64,000 nucleotides of DNA from an uncultured Candidatus Saccharibacteria bacterium (GCA_963528615.1 CAURVB010000001.1:7203-71202), one strand, 5' to 3'; positions 27,897 through 38,523 are shown, numbered from the stretch's first letter. Notes: a model not told the origin generated them from the letters alone. Translations and numbers: made by a program.

Positions 27897-29213
27897 ATGA
27901 AGAACAAGTTGGTAAAAATTGCGAGGAAAACATTACCGAAGGGGGCTTTGAAAAATACGGAGAATGCCTACAGGATTACTCGCACGAAGATGGTTAGTTT
28001 GCGGTATGGCAATCCGGCTCGCGGCTTGAGGATCATTGCGGTGACCGGGACGAACGGTAAAACGACGACTGCTTGTTATATTAATGAGATTTTGAAAGAG
28101 GCTGGCTTTAAGACAGCGTTGTTTACAACAGCGGTGATTGAAATTGCTGGCCAGGAAAAACTGAACGATTTGAATGCAACAGTGCCGACGGTGGCGAAGC
28201 TGTTTCGTTTTTTCCGGGCAGCGCGGCGTAAGGGCGCGGAATATGTGATTTTAGAGGCGACTAGCCACGCTTTATGCCAGCATAAGTTTGATGGCGTGCC
28301 AATTGAGGCGGCGGTGATGACGAATTTGACGCAAGATCATTTGGATTACCATAAAACGATGAAGCAATACGCGGCAGCGAAAGCGAAATTATTTGAGAAA
28401 AAGCCAAAATATATCGTTCTGAACCGCGATGATGCGTGGTTTGATTATTTTAATCAGTTTACAGCGCGCGAGCAAAAAATGACCTACGGTATGAGTCCAG
28501 AGGCCGAGGCGCACATCACGCACGTCAAATTGTATAAGAAGGGGACGGAGGCGAGTTTGCTGATTGATCATCAAACTCATCTGGAGCTGGCGACAAATCT
28601 GCCGGGCGAGTTTAACGTGATGAATATGTCGGCGGCGGTGTCGCTGGCGTATCTGTTGGGGATTAAGTTGGAGGATATTCAGGAAGGTGTAGCGAACTTG
28701 GAGGTGATTCCGGGACGGTTTGAACGGGTGGATAATAAACTCGGGATTGATATTATCGTGGACTATGCACACACGCCGGACGCGCTGGAAAAATTGTTAA
28801 AAACTACGCAAAAGATTACTAAGGGGCGGCTAATCCTGGTGTTTGGAGCGTGCGGCGACCGCGATCAGTCGAAGCGGCCGATTATGGGAGAGTTAGCGGC
28901 TAATTTGGCGGACAGGATTTTTCTGACAGATGAGGAAAGTTATAATGAAGATCCGGATGAGATTCGGGCGATGGTTCGCCAGGGGATTGAAAAGACGAAA
29001 AAATCTCATAAAATGACGGAAGTGGCCGACCGGAGGCAGGCGATTAGCCAGGCTTTGCAGACGGCAGCGCGCGGCGATACGGTTTTAATTACCGGTATGG
29101 GCCATGAGCAGTACCGAATTGTTAATGGCAAGCGGATTCCATGGAATGATAAGGCGGTGGTGAGCGAGGTTATTGCCGAGATTGGTCAAGAGAATCGTAA
29201 AATTTCGCTTTAA
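27897..29213 (+). CDS. murE: MurE ligase
   Basis: GTNGKTT, TNLTQDHLDYH, VDYAHTPD, FGACGDRD..KRP. Confidence 0.92.
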   Translation: MKNKLVKIARKTLPKGALKNTENAYRITRTKMVSLRYGNPARGLRIIAVTGTNGKTTTACYINEILKEAGFKTALFTTAVIEIAGQEKLNDLNATVPTVAKLFRFFRAARRKGAEYVILEATSHALCQHKFDGVPIEAAVMTNLTQDHLDYHKTMKQYAAAKAKLFEKKPKYIVLNRDDAWFDYFNQFTAREQKMTYGMSPEAEAHITHVKLYKKGTEASLLIDHQTHLELATNLPGEFNVMNMSAAVSLAYLLGIKLEDIQEGVANLEVIPGRFERVDNKLGIDIIVDYAHTPDALEKLLKTTQKITKGRLILVFGACGDRDQSKRPIMGELAANLADRIFLTDEESYNEDPDEIRAMVRQGIEKTKKSHKMTEVADRRQAISQALQTAARGDTVLITGMGHEQYRIVNGKRIPWNDKAVVSEVIAEIGQENRKISL

Positions 29214-30459
29214 TTCGCTGCCAATTTGGCGATTGGCGGACAAGTTTTTGGCTGTCGGCAGGGTTTTTAAGGAGAGGTTTGATGGCCTCCTCGAGGTAAA
29301 TGCCGCCCTGCGAGCCTTTGAAAAGAATGGTTGCGTCTTTAATATCGCTGTTTTTTAAGAATTCGCCAGCTTCTGGGGCTGATTGGAAAGATGTGATTTT
29401 ACAGCCGTTTGCTTCGGCGGTTGGCGCTAGGTGGTTTTTTGATAGATTGCCGACAGTGATGAGCATGTCTAACTGTTTAGGGTCGCAAAGTTTGCCAATT
29501 TTCTTATGCTCTGTTTCGGATATGCCGCCGAGTTCGTTCATATCGCCTAAAACTGCTATTTTATGCTTAGCTTCCAGGGAATAGAGGGTTTTTAATGAAT
29601 GTTCCATGGCGATGGGGCTGGCGTTATATGTGTCATCTAGCAATGTACAACCCCGTATACCGTGTAAAATGTTCATTCTGCCAGAGACAGGTTGGATTTT
29701 CTCTAGGGCTGCTGTTACCTCTTCAATATCCATGCCGCAAGCCAGTCCCGCTGCTGCTGCGCCAGTGATGGAGCGAATATTATGCTCGCCTAGTACGGAA
29801 ATAGTAACCATGCGGGACGTTTTTCCAGAAAATTGCAAATTCACTGCGCAGCCGCTACCAGTAAACTTTTTGATTTTTAGGAAAACGTCAGCGGCTTGAT
29901 CGCCATAGCTAATACGATTTCCAGCGATGAGAGAATGATATTTTTTATCAATGTCGTGAAGGTTGAATATGGTTTTTTTAGCCGCCTGGCTGATGGACAA
30001 CTCTTCGCGCGCTACCGTGTCCATTGTTTTGAAAAACTCCATATGCTCCGGCGCAACAGAGGTGATAATGGCAATACCAGGCTGCATATACTTGGTGAAT
30101 ATCGACATTTCGCCCGGGCGGTCAATGCCGCATTCTTGAATAATAATATCGGGCGCATCTGGATTTTTAATGCTGGCTCGGGCATCCGCAAAGACCTTCA
30201 GCCAGGCTAGGGGAGATTTAGCGTTTTTCGGTCCATCAACGCCGAGGATTTCCAGGGGTGCACTTAAGGTGGTGTTCAAATTGCCACGGCTATGGCGGAC
30301 AGTGAACTTTTCTGTTAAAACAGTGGCGGTCGCCGATTTGACGCTGGTTTTACCGACGCTGCCAACCACAGCAATGAGTTTAACGTTGGAGTGAGATTTA
30401 AGATATTTCTTAACGTAAGAACCGAGGATTTTTTCTAAAAGATGTTTGAATAATTGCAT
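29170..30459 (-). CDS. murF: MurF ligase
   Basis: GSVGKTS, DDTYNASP, VLGDMNELG, KGS. Confidence 0.9.
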   Translation of the reverse strand: MQLFKHLLEKILGSYVKKYLKSHSNVKLIAVVGSVGKTSVKSATATVLTEKFTVRHSRGNLNTTLSAPLEILGVDGPKNAKSPLAWLKVFADARASIKNPDAPDIIIQECGIDRPGEMSIFTKYMQPGIAIITSVAPEHMEFFKTMDTVAREELSISQAAKKTIFNLHDIDKKYHSLIAGNRISYGDQAADVFLKIKKFTGSGCAVNLQFSGKTSRMVTISVLGEHNIRSITGAAAAGLACGMDIEEVTAALEKIQPVSGRMNILHGIRGCTLLDDTYNASPIAMEHSLKTLYSLEAKHKIAVLGDMNELGGISETEHKKIGKLCDPKQLDMLITVGNLSKNHLAPTAEANGCKITSFQSAPEAGEFLKNSDIKDATILFKGSQGGIYLEEAIKPLLKNPADSQKLVRQSPNWQRIKAKFYDSLDQSRQ

Positions 30460-30492
30460 GGGGATATTATAGCAGAGTGATAGTAATTAAAA

Positions 30493-30519
30493 TTAGCACT
30501 CACCCTTGACGAGTGCTAA
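30493..30519. promoter_or_regulatory. CIRCE element (HrcA operator) overlapping the groESL promoter
   Basis: Exact TTAGCACTC-N9-GAGTGCTAA; TTGACG in spacer, TACAAT at 30530. Confidence 0.95.
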
Positions 30520-30565
30520 TTTAGTGCGGTACAATGGGTGTATTGTTAACGAAATGGAGGATGAT

Positions 30566-30832
30566 ATGGATACACCTATCAAGCCTCTCGGCGACCGCGT
30601 GGTAGCGGTGCGCGAGGAGGCGAAGACGCAGACGGCTAGCGGGATTTATTTGCCGGACAATGCCAAGGAGAAGCCAGTGGTAGCTGAGGTCAAAGCGGTT
30701 GGCGGCGACGTCAAGAATGTGAAGGTGGGCGATAAGATTGTTTATAAGGAATATTCGACTACGGATTTAAAAATTGACGGTACGGAATATTTGATCGTCC
30801 GCGAAGAAGATATTTTAGCAACGGTTGTTTGA
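30566..30832 (+). CDS. groES: Co-chaperonin GroES
   Basis: IKPLGDRVV, TASGIYLPD.AKEKP; RBS GGAGG. Confidence 0.95.
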   Translation: MDTPIKPLGDRVVAVREEAKTQTASGIYLPDNAKEKPVVAEVKAVGGDVKNVKVGDKIVYKEYSTTDLKIDGTEYLIVREEDILATVV

Positions 30833-30851
30833 GAAAAGAGGAGTTTTTATT

Positions 30852-32495
30852 ATGGCAAAAAAAGTTTTTTACGATGATGACGCACGAGCTCGCGTGTTGG
30901 GCGGTGCCGAGGCGCTGTATAACGCAGTTAAGGTAACCTACGGGCCAAAGGGCCGCAATGTGGTGATTGCCAAGGGATTTGGCGGACCGACGGTGACGCA
31001 CGACGGCGTAACGGTGGCGGAAGGTATTGAGCTGGGTGAGCAAGACGACGAGACGCTGGGTTATAAGGTTGGTGCTGATCTGATCAAGCAGGCGGCTAAG
31101 AACTTGAACAAGCAGGCTGGCGACGGCACCACGACCGTGACGGTGCTGACCTATTCGATTTTGAAGGAAGCTAACCGGCTGATCGCTGCGGGGCATAATC
31201 CAATGGAGCTCCGAAAAGGCATCGAGCAGGCTGGTGCAGAAATCGTCAAAGAGCTGAATAAATTAGCTGAGCCAATTGAGGGTAAGTCTGAGCGCGTGGC
31301 CGAGGTGGCAACCATCTCGGCAGGTGACGCGGAAATTGGCAAATTGATCGCTGGTGTCATCGAAAAAGTTGGCAAAGACGGCGTGGTGACAGTTGAAGCT
31401 GGTCAAGGTTTGGAGTTGGAGGCTGAGGTTGTTGAAGGCTTTAGCTTGGACAAGGGTTGGGTCAGTCCGTTCTTCGTCACCGACACTGGTCGGCAAGAGG
31501 CGGTTTACGAAAAGCCGGCAATTTTGATTACCGATAAGAAAATTTCTAGCGTGCAGGAGTTCCTGCCGATGCTGGAGAAATTGGCACAAAGTGGTAAAAA
31601 GGACGTCGTGCTGATCGCTGATGAAGTCGAAGGTGAAGCGCTGAGTATTTTGGTGCTGAATAAGCTTAAGGGGGTATTTAATACCGTGGCGGTCAAGGCG
31701 CCAAGCTTTGGCGACCGCCGCAAGGAGATTTTGCGCGACATCGCGGTGTTGACCGGCGCAACGGTGATTTCTGAAGATCACGGTTTGACGTTTGAGAACG
31801 CTGGCCTGGAGGTCTTGGGCTCGGCACGTAAGGTGATTGTCGGTAAAGACGAAACTACCATCATTGAGGGCGCGGGCAAGCCGTCTGGCGTTAAGGAGCG
31901 AATTGCTGAGATTAAGTCGCTGTCTGACAACGCCTCCAGCGAATACGAGAAAGAGCAATTCGACAAGCGAGCAGCGGCCTTGAGCGGCAAGGTGGCCGTC
32001 ATTAAAGTCGGCGGCGCGACCGAGACCGAAATTGACGAAAAGAAGTTCCGCGTGGACGACGCAGTGGCAGCGACCAAGGCAGCCTTGGCCGAGGGAATTG
32101 TCGCTGGTGGCGGCGTGACGCTGGTGAATTTGGCTGGTGGACTGAAAGTGAGTGGTGCAGACAGCATCGCGGCTGGTCGGCAGATTTTAAAGGACGCCTT
32201 AAAGCAGCCGTTCCTACAGATTATGCGTAACGCTGGCTTGAACGCCGACGCACTCCTGGCGCAAGTCGAGGCGGGCAAGGCCGGATTTGGCGTTAACGTG
32301 ATGAAGCCTGAGAATGAATTGGTGGACGTCAAAAAAGCTGGCGTCATCGACCCAGCGCGCGTCACCAAGGAAGCGGTGCAGAACGCGGTATCCATCGCTT
32401 CAACCGCAGCAACCATGGGCGCACTGGTCGTCGATGTACCAGAGCCAGAAGCTCCAGCTGCACCTGGCGGTATGCCGGGCATGGGGATGATGTAG
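30852..32495 (+). CDS. groEL: Chaperonin GroEL
   Basis: GPKGRNV, GDGTTT, GGMPGMGMM tail. Confidence 0.98.
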   Translation: MAKKVFYDDDARARVLGGAEALYNAVKVTYGPKGRNVVIAKGFGGPTVTHDGVTVAEGIELGEQDDETLGYKVGADLIKQAAKNLNKQAGDGTTTVTVLTYSILKEANRLIAAGHNPMELRKGIEQAGAEIVKELNKLAEPIEGKSERVAEVATISAGDAEIGKLIAGVIEKVGKDGVVTVEAGQGLELEAEVVEGFSLDKGWVSPFFVTDTGRQEAVYEKPAILITDKKISSVQEFLPMLEKLAQSGKKDVVLIADEVEGEALSILVLNKLKGVFNTVAVKAPSFGDRRKEILRDIAVLTGATVISEDHGLTFENAGLEVLGSARKVIVGKDETTIIEGAGKPSGVKERIAEIKSLSDNASSEYEKEQFDKRAAALSGKVAVIKVGGATETEIDEKKFRVDDAVAATKAALAEGIVAGGGVTLVNLAGGLKVSGADSIAAGRQILKDALKQPFLQIMRNAGLNADALLAQVEAGKAGFGVNVMKPENELVDVKKAGVIDPARVTKEAVQNAVSIASTAATMGALVVDVPEPEAPAAPGGMPGMGMM

Positions 32496-32519
32496 TTTCT
32501 CGCTCATCTAAGTTTCTTG

Positions 32520-32550
32520 AAAATATCGCTCTAATTTAGGGCGATATTTT
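32520..32550 (+). terminator. groEL terminator
   Basis: AAAATATCGCTCTA-ATT-TAGGGCGATATTTT. Confidence 0.7.
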
Positions 32551-32748
32551 GACATAAAAAATATCAGGTTTTATTTCCATTAATACTACAAAAAAGCAAT
32601 CTTACACCTGTAAAGTTAGTAATAATTTGTCAAGACTTTTCTCGTAATTATGATATAATAGTTGACTTTTTATAGAAATTATGCTAATAATATATCACAA
32701 GACAAAGAAAGCGAAAGAATAAGATTTTAAGAAAGGAATACTGTAATT

Positions 32749-34212
32749 ATGAGCGAAACTTCGATAACTAAAGATTTTTGAAGGAAAGAGCCCGATCCCA
32801 TCAGCCTCAATGCTGAACAGCGTCGTGGAGTAGAGCAGGAGGAGGCGTATAAAAAATGGTGGGATCAGCATTCTAACGATAAAGAAGGCAATACCACTGC
32901 ACCAGATAGTTCACTAGATGGGTACGTAAAACGCCTTAATGGAGAAATCTCTGGGTATCCTGTAGCGCTTCGTCAGGTGTGGGATTTGGCAGCAGATTTA
33001 CAGAGCAGGAATCCAGACGATCCACTTTTGCCAGGTGGAAGAAATGAGCTAAGGCGTAGATTATCAGACTATAAAGCATATCTTGATTTAGGTTTTGAAA
33101 AGATTAAAGAATTGCAAGGTGCTGATATAAAAGATGTTGCTGATGATGATAAGTCGGCAAAACGTCTCGTTGACCGATTTATGAGGCGAATAACAAGAAA
33201 GAAGTGGGATTCAGATGAGAAGAAGGTGATAAAAACCAGGGAAACGGTTCCTGTAGAAGATAAAGATGATTACCGAGAGCTTGTTGATCAATATGATACA
33301 GTTGTAAAGGTTCTCGAGTTGGCGTATCAAGATGGTATTTTCTCTGGCTATGGATATAAAGAACCGAAAGAGGCTAAAAAATCGCCTAAATCACCTGAAA
33401 ACGGTTCGCAGACTGACAATGACCTTAAGGCCTTAGAAGGACGATTAAAAACATTAGAAAAGGATGTTGAAGATTTATTAGCTACGCAACGCGCAGGTAA
33501 GAAACCGCCCAAGAAGGAAAAATCCGAGAAATCGTCTGATGAGAAAAAATCCGATTCCAATGAGAAGCTTGGTTTATGGGGAAGAATTAAGCGAGCTCTG
33601 GGATTATTTGGTCTAAAAGGTGCTGGTGTCGATAAACCTAAAGCATCACCATCTACGCCGGAGTCTTCTCAAAACAACAATGGCGAGAAAAAAGATAGTC
33701 AGTCTAAAGGAGGGTATGATGAGGCAAAAGACGTCTTTAATAGCCCAGATAAGCTTGACGATCTTTACATGAGTGTTCCTATAAATTCAAAGGAAATGAA
33801 TGTGGATGAGATGTTGGATAAGCTGAGTGAAAATGCGATTACGTCTCCAGGAATTATGGCTATGCTGATTGAGGAAGTATATAATTTTAAGGATACTAAC
33901 GTTAACAAGATGTCTGCCGCTATGCGTCTTGATCCAGAAGTTTTCCAGCGCTCTCAGAAAATCGTCTCTGGGATATTTGAAAAACTTAAGGAAAGCGGGA
34001 AGGTTAAGCATTCGCGCGTTGGGGGCGGAAAGAGCTATTTGGCTTACCGACAGAATAATCAAGGTATGCTAAGCTTATCCGAAACTGGAGTTGACACTGA
34101 TACGGTAGTTCTGACGGAAGATATTGAAATTGACACGGGTAAAGGGAAGCTTCGTATTCCAGCCGGTTTAAGAATTAGCCTTGATGGTGGACATATAGTC
34201 AAGTTCAAATAG
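32749..34212 (+). pseudogene. Charged orphan protein; frame from ATG 32749 interrupted by in-frame TGA at codon 11 (ORF track sees only 32977-34212)
   Basis: RBS-like AAGGAA then ATG AGC GAA ACT TCG ATA ACT AAA GAT TTT TGA AGG..., open in the same frame to 34212. Confidence 0.55.
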
Positions 34213-34222
34213 GTAGAGCATT

Positions 34223-34258
34223 AATAAAAATCCCGCCGTTTCTGGCGGGATTTTTATT
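34223..34258. terminator. Bidirectional terminator
   Basis: AATAAAAATCCCGCC-GTTTCT-GGCGGGATTTTTATT. Confidence 0.85.
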
Positions 34259-34269
34259 GGAAGAATAAG

Positions 34270-34776
34270 CTAACGAGGGTTTGAAAGGTAGTCAATTTCC
34301 TTAATGATGTCTAACAACGCCTGAGCGCGTCGCGCTTCATCAATAATTGCTACGGCTGCGTCATGTGCAGGCGCAATAAGACTCTTATCATCCGTTGAGC
34401 GGATTAGCAATAAGTAAGTATCAAACTTTTCCTCTGGGGAAACATCAAGTTTATCGACTAGTGGACGAAGCTCGCTAAGCGCAGTTTGTTTGATAGTATC
34501 TAGTGCAGGATCGGTTGTCGTGTCTGTTGGAGTAATGGTTGGTGACACTGAGTTCGTCACAATTGTCGGAGTGACGGCTCGTTCGGCAGTAGTTTGATTA
34601 TCGTCTTGAGGTGTAACGACAGGATCTGGCGAGATGGTCGCTGGATTAATAGTTGGTTCAACTATGTTACTTGTTTCTTCAAATTGTAAATTATTATCAG
34701 TGTCCTGTGAAACGCCAGCTAGCACCTTTGCTAATTCTTGGTCGTCACTGATTGATTGACTAGCTCGAGAATCCAT
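34270..34776 (-). CDS. Hypothetical protein (Pro/Thr-rich linker, helical C-terminal domain)
   Basis: 168-aa ORF with AAGGTGGG RBS-like site. Confidence 0.7.
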   Translation of the reverse strand: MDSRASQSISDDQELAKVLAGVSQDTDNNLQFEETSNIVEPTINPATISPDPVVTPQDDNQTTAERAVTPTIVTNSVSPTITPTDTTTDPALDTIKQTALSELRPLVDKLDVSPEEKFDTYLLLIRSTDDKSLIAPAHDAAVAIIDEARRAQALLDIIKEIDYLSNPR

Positions 34777-34853
34777 TATAACCCACCTTATATATTTAAA
34801 TTGCTTATGCTTATTATGTTATACTATAGCATGAGCGAACTAAGGAGTGCAAT

Positions 34854-35894
34854 ATGTTAGATGATGTAAATGTAATAAAACAATATGATCCAGGTGATGT
34901 GCTGGGTGCTGTACTGAATATTCCAGAGCAGGCTACGTATGAGGCTTTGGTTCATGAAGGAGTAAATCAGCGGCGTGATTTTAAGAATATTGTGATTGCT
35001 GGCATGGGTGGATCAGCATTAGCAGCAGATATGGTAAGGGTACTAACTACTGGTTGGCTACATATCCCGCTGGTAGTAGTAAAGGGTTATGATCTACCTG
35101 GATTTGTTGGTGAAGAAACGCTGGTTATTGCAGTCAGCCATTCGGGTAATACTGAAGAGACTTTGAGCTGTTATCAACAAGCGCTGGAAAAGCGGGCTTG
35201 TTTGGCGGTTATGTCAACGGGAGGAAAGCTAATTGAGCGAGCGAAAGATGATAATGTAACGTACGTTCAAGTGCCAGCAGGCGGGCAGCCACGTATGTCA
35301 ACTATATATCATTTGCGAGGGTTGTTGAAATTATTACAACATTTTTGGGTTATTGATGGTGATTTATATAATCAAGTGGCAAATAGCGCTGATTGGCTGC
35401 GGGGAGAGATTTCCCATTGGACGGTTGAGTCTCCAGAAATGTCAAATCAGGCGAAGCAAATTGCGAAGTCTACCATTGGCAAGACTGTGGCTATTTTTGG
35501 TGGTGAATTAACGTGGCCATTAGCGTATAAGTGGAAAATTAGTTGGAATGAATCAGCGAAGAATTTGGCATTTTCTAACCAATACCCAGAGTTTAATCAT
35601 AATGAATTCATTGGCTGGTCGTCACATCCAGTGGAAAAGCCATTTGCCATCTTTGATATTCGTAGCAATTTAGAGCGTCCGAGGATTCGAGAGCGGATGG
35701 AATTGAGTGATCGTCTGCTGAGCGGAAAGCGACCAAAGGCACATGTAATTGAGCTTCAGGGAGAGACGCTGATGCGACAATTGTTGTGGGGTTTGGTGTT
35801 GGCTGATACGGCAAGTATTTATACAGCAGTGCTTAATGGTGTCAATCCTGGGCCAGTGTTGCTGGTGGAAAGACTAAAAACGGAATTAAGCTAA
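34854..35894 (+). CDS. Bifunctional phosphoglucose/phosphomannose isomerase
   Basis: GMGGSA, SHSGNTEET, QPR, NESAK, PEFNHNE. Confidence 0.92.
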   Translation: MLDDVNVIKQYDPGDVLGAVLNIPEQATYEALVHEGVNQRRDFKNIVIAGMGGSALAADMVRVLTTGWLHIPLVVVKGYDLPGFVGEETLVIAVSHSGNTEETLSCYQQALEKRACLAVMSTGGKLIERAKDDNVTYVQVPAGGQPRMSTIYHLRGLLKLLQHFWVIDGDLYNQVANSADWLRGEISHWTVESPEMSNQAKQIAKSTIGKTVAIFGGELTWPLAYKWKISWNESAKNLAFSNQYPEFNHNEFIGWSSHPVEKPFAIFDIRSNLERPRIRERMELSDRLLSGKRPKAHVIELQGETLMRQLLWGLVLADTASIYTAVLNGVNPGPVLLVERLKTELS

Positions 35895-37102
35895 TATTTC
35901 AATGATTCAATTGGGTCTCGTTTGGTAGCGTGAGCTGCTGGATATACACCTGAGAGAATACCGATGACAATTGAAATTCCAATAGCCAAAACCGCTGTCT
36001 GCCAATAAATATATGGCGTGAGTGGCAGATACAGACTTATGATGTGGGCGCCAACCAGGCCTAAGATGTAGCCAAAAATCCCACCGAGTAGTCCAATGAT
36101 TGCGGATTCGATTAAGAATTGATTAATAATGTCCCAGCTAGTGGCGCCAACAGCCCGCCGTACGCCAACTTCGCGCTGACGTTCAGCAACATTAACAAGC
36201 ATTACATTCATGATGCCAATACCGCCAATCAAGAGCGAAATCCCGCCGATTATCGCTAGAACTACTGAGAACAGGCTAACTAAATTAGCTCTCTTTTCGT
36301 TAATTTCATCACCAGAAACAATACGGTAATTTTTATCATTGTCATGATTTTTCTGCAAAATGATATCGGCGGTCTTTATGTTAGAAGCCAGATTTTGGTG
36401 ACTGCTGCTGGTCATAATAATTTGTTGAATTTGCGGTGTTCCTTGGGTGAATTTCTTAATTGATGAAAGCGGTACGATGGCGGCATTATTAAAATTGATA
36501 TCCAAGTAGCTCACGGGATTTTCAATATTTTTTAATACACCAACGACAGTTAGCGGCTGATTACGGATAAAAATGACATTTCCAATAGATTTTTCGGTGC
36601 CAAATAAATCGACTGATAATTGCTGGCCAACAATAACACCGCCTGTATCGTCGATAAATTGTCCGTAAGCAACTTGTAGATTAGTAACATCTTTAAGCGA
36701 ACCGGTACTACCAATTAACGCAGCGTTTTGGGTATCAATTTTACCATCACGAGCACGTAATTCAGTGTGTAAAAAAGCAATTGGGGCGGCTTTTACACCA
36801 GTGATTTTACCCAGATCGTTGGCGTCTTTCTCGGTCAAAGTATTAACCGTAGTGGCGCTATCAGACTCGGTTAGTAGGTTGGTGCCAGTCTTTTTATTGC
36901 CAGATTTAACGATGGCAACAGGGGAATTAGTAGATGGAATATCGCCACCAAACAGGCGGCTGATACCACCCGCTAAAGACAAGACTATGGTGATGCTAGC
37001 AATACCAATAGTTACGCCCATGACGGTCAAAAATGTTCGTCCACGATTGGCTTTTAGGGCCTGAGTGGCGTTCTCAAAATGGTTATTTATCAATATTTTC
37101 AT
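35891..37102 (-). CDS. MacB/FtsX-type ABC transporter permease
   Basis: RTFLT..GV.IGI, GGIGIMNVMLVNV.ER.RE.G.R.A.GA, DPIESLKY. Confidence 0.9.
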   Translation of the reverse strand: MKILINNHFENATQALKANRGRTFLTVMGVTIGIASITIVLSLAGGISRLFGGDIPSTNSPVAIVKSGNKKTGTNLLTESDSATTVNTLTEKDANDLGKITGVKAAPIAFLHTELRARDGKIDTQNAALIGSTGSLKDVTNLQVAYGQFIDDTGGVIVGQQLSVDLFGTEKSIGNVIFIRNQPLTVVGVLKNIENPVSYLDINFNNAAIVPLSSIKKFTQGTPQIQQIIMTSSSHQNLASNIKTADIILQKNHDNDKNYRIVSGDEINEKRANLVSLFSVVLAIIGGISLLIGGIGIMNVMLVNVAERQREVGVRRAVGATSWDIINQFLIESAIIGLLGGIFGYILGLVGAHIISLYLPLTPYIYWQTAVLAIGISIVIGILSGVYPAAHATKRDPIESLKY

Positions 37103-37899
37103 GACTTTTTCGATCCTGTTTTCTTTGAAGATTTTTTCTTCTTTGGCTTTGGCTTGGACTTTGTCTCTTCTTCTTCAATTAATTTTTTAGTGAATTTGCG
37201 CTTCTCTTTATGTTCATCGGTGTCGATTCTACCGTCTAGCATGGTAATCACACGGCTGGCATAATGAGTTAATTCTGGGTTGTGAGTAACCATAATAATA
37301 GTATTGCCGCGACGGTGTAAGTCGGATAATTCTTCCATAATGAGGTGGCTAGACTTGCTGTCTAAGTTGCCAGTTGGCTCGTCTGCTAGGATAATTGATG
37401 GATTATTGACTAACGCCCTAGCAATTGCCACGCGCTGGACTTGACCGCCAGATAATTGATAAGGCATGTAATATTCTCGCTCGCTTAAATGGAAAGTTTT
37501 AAGGATGCGACTGGCCTCCTGAAGTCGCTTAACTTTTCTTAGGCCTTTGTAGGTTAAGGGTAGGGCTACGTTTTCAATCACGGTTAAGCGGGGGATAAGA
37601 TTAAAGTTTTGAAAAACGAAACCGATGTGCTTGGAGCGAATTTTAGCCCGATGTCGTGAATTGAGACTATCAACAGCAACGTCGTCCAGATAATACTCGC
37701 CCTCAGACGGTTGATCTAATAGACCAATCGTATTTAATAAGGTGGTCTTACCGCAGCCGCTAGGTCCCATGATGGCAATAAATTCGCCTTTTTTGACTGT
37801 CAAATCGACGTTGTCTAGAGCTCTTATTTCAGCATCACCAAAACCAAACCTTTTAGTGACATTAATAAGTCTGATACGTGGTGGAATTGATTCTTTCAT
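37099..37899 (-). CDS. ABC transporter ATP-binding protein (LolD/MacB type)
   Basis: GPSGCGKT, LSGGQ.QRVAIARAL, ADEPTGNLD. Confidence 0.93.
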   Translation of the reverse strand: MKESIPPRIRLINVTKRFGFGDAEIRALDNVDLTVKKGEFIAIMGPSGCGKTTLLNTIGLLDQPSEGEYYLDDVAVDSLNSRHRAKIRSKHIGFVFQNFNLIPRLTVIENVALPLTYKGLRKVKRLQEASRILKTFHLSEREYYMPYQLSGGQVQRVAIARALVNNPSIILADEPTGNLDSKSSHLIMEELSDLHRRGNTIIMVTHNPELTHYASRVITMLDGRIDTDEHKEKRKFTKKLIEEEETKSKPKPKKKKSSKKTGSKKS

Positions 37900-37977
37900 C
37901 TACGTTCTATTATAGAGGCTAAACAGCAATATATGCAACCATAAGGGCCAATATAGTTGTGGTATAATTATCAACAA

Positions 37978-38069
37978 GGAAGGATGCAGGAGTGGTTGAA
38001 CTGGCACGCCTGGAAAGTGTGTAGGCTCTTCACGGGGTCTCCGGGGTTCGAATCCCCGTCCTTCCGCCA
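37978..38069 (+). tRNA. tRNA-Ser(GGA)
   Basis: Loop CTGGAAA, long variable arm, CCA. Confidence 0.95.
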
Positions 38070-38082
38070 GGAGGATTAATTC

Positions 38083-38523
38083 ATGCCAAAGTAGAACACG
38101 AGATTAGAATCAATTGCAAAAATCCTAATCATCGATGGTGACGGTAATGTTTTAACTTTGACTTTGAGCGAACACTTAAAATATCCAGAGAAGTCATATC
38201 AGCCAGACTTGCCGGGTGGAATCGTGGATGCGGGTGAGTCGGAACATCTAGGAGTGATCCGCGAGGTGCAGGAAGAATGCGGAATAGACTTAGATCCAGT
38301 AAAAATACAATTAGTGTACGCCGAGACTGCATATGATGAGAAAGAGAATAAATCAGTCACAAAGCTGTTATATACCACACATTTGGATAATACGCCGGCG
38401 GTGGCGCTGAGCTGGGAGCATAGCGATTATAAATGGGTGTCTGTCGCTGAGCTGCAGAACATTAATATGCGTCCTTTTTTCAATCGGGCAATTCGGTACG
38501 TAATCGAACACGAGATGATTTAG
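38083..38523 (+). pseudogene. NUDIX hydrolase with in-frame TAG at codon 4
   Basis: AGGAGG RBS, ATG CCA AAG TAG AAC...; Nudix box PGG.VD.GE......REV.EE.G. Confidence 0.65.

Noticed and set aside
31263..32482. Long antisense ORFs over groEL (also over virB6, tsaD and dnaG)
   Set aside because: Shadow frames of strongly coding genes with no recognisable motifs or start signals.
32779..32781. Genome-wide UGA=Gly recoding (code 25)
   Set aside because: TGA terminates well-conserved genes at their expected ends (groES, orn, mutM, dnaG), and long genes contain no internal TGA.
20892..38069. All four tRNA-Ser isoacceptors near the FemABX gene as dedicated cell-wall tRNAs
   Set aside because: They form an ordinary single set with canonical T-loops and stems; proximity alone is not evidence.
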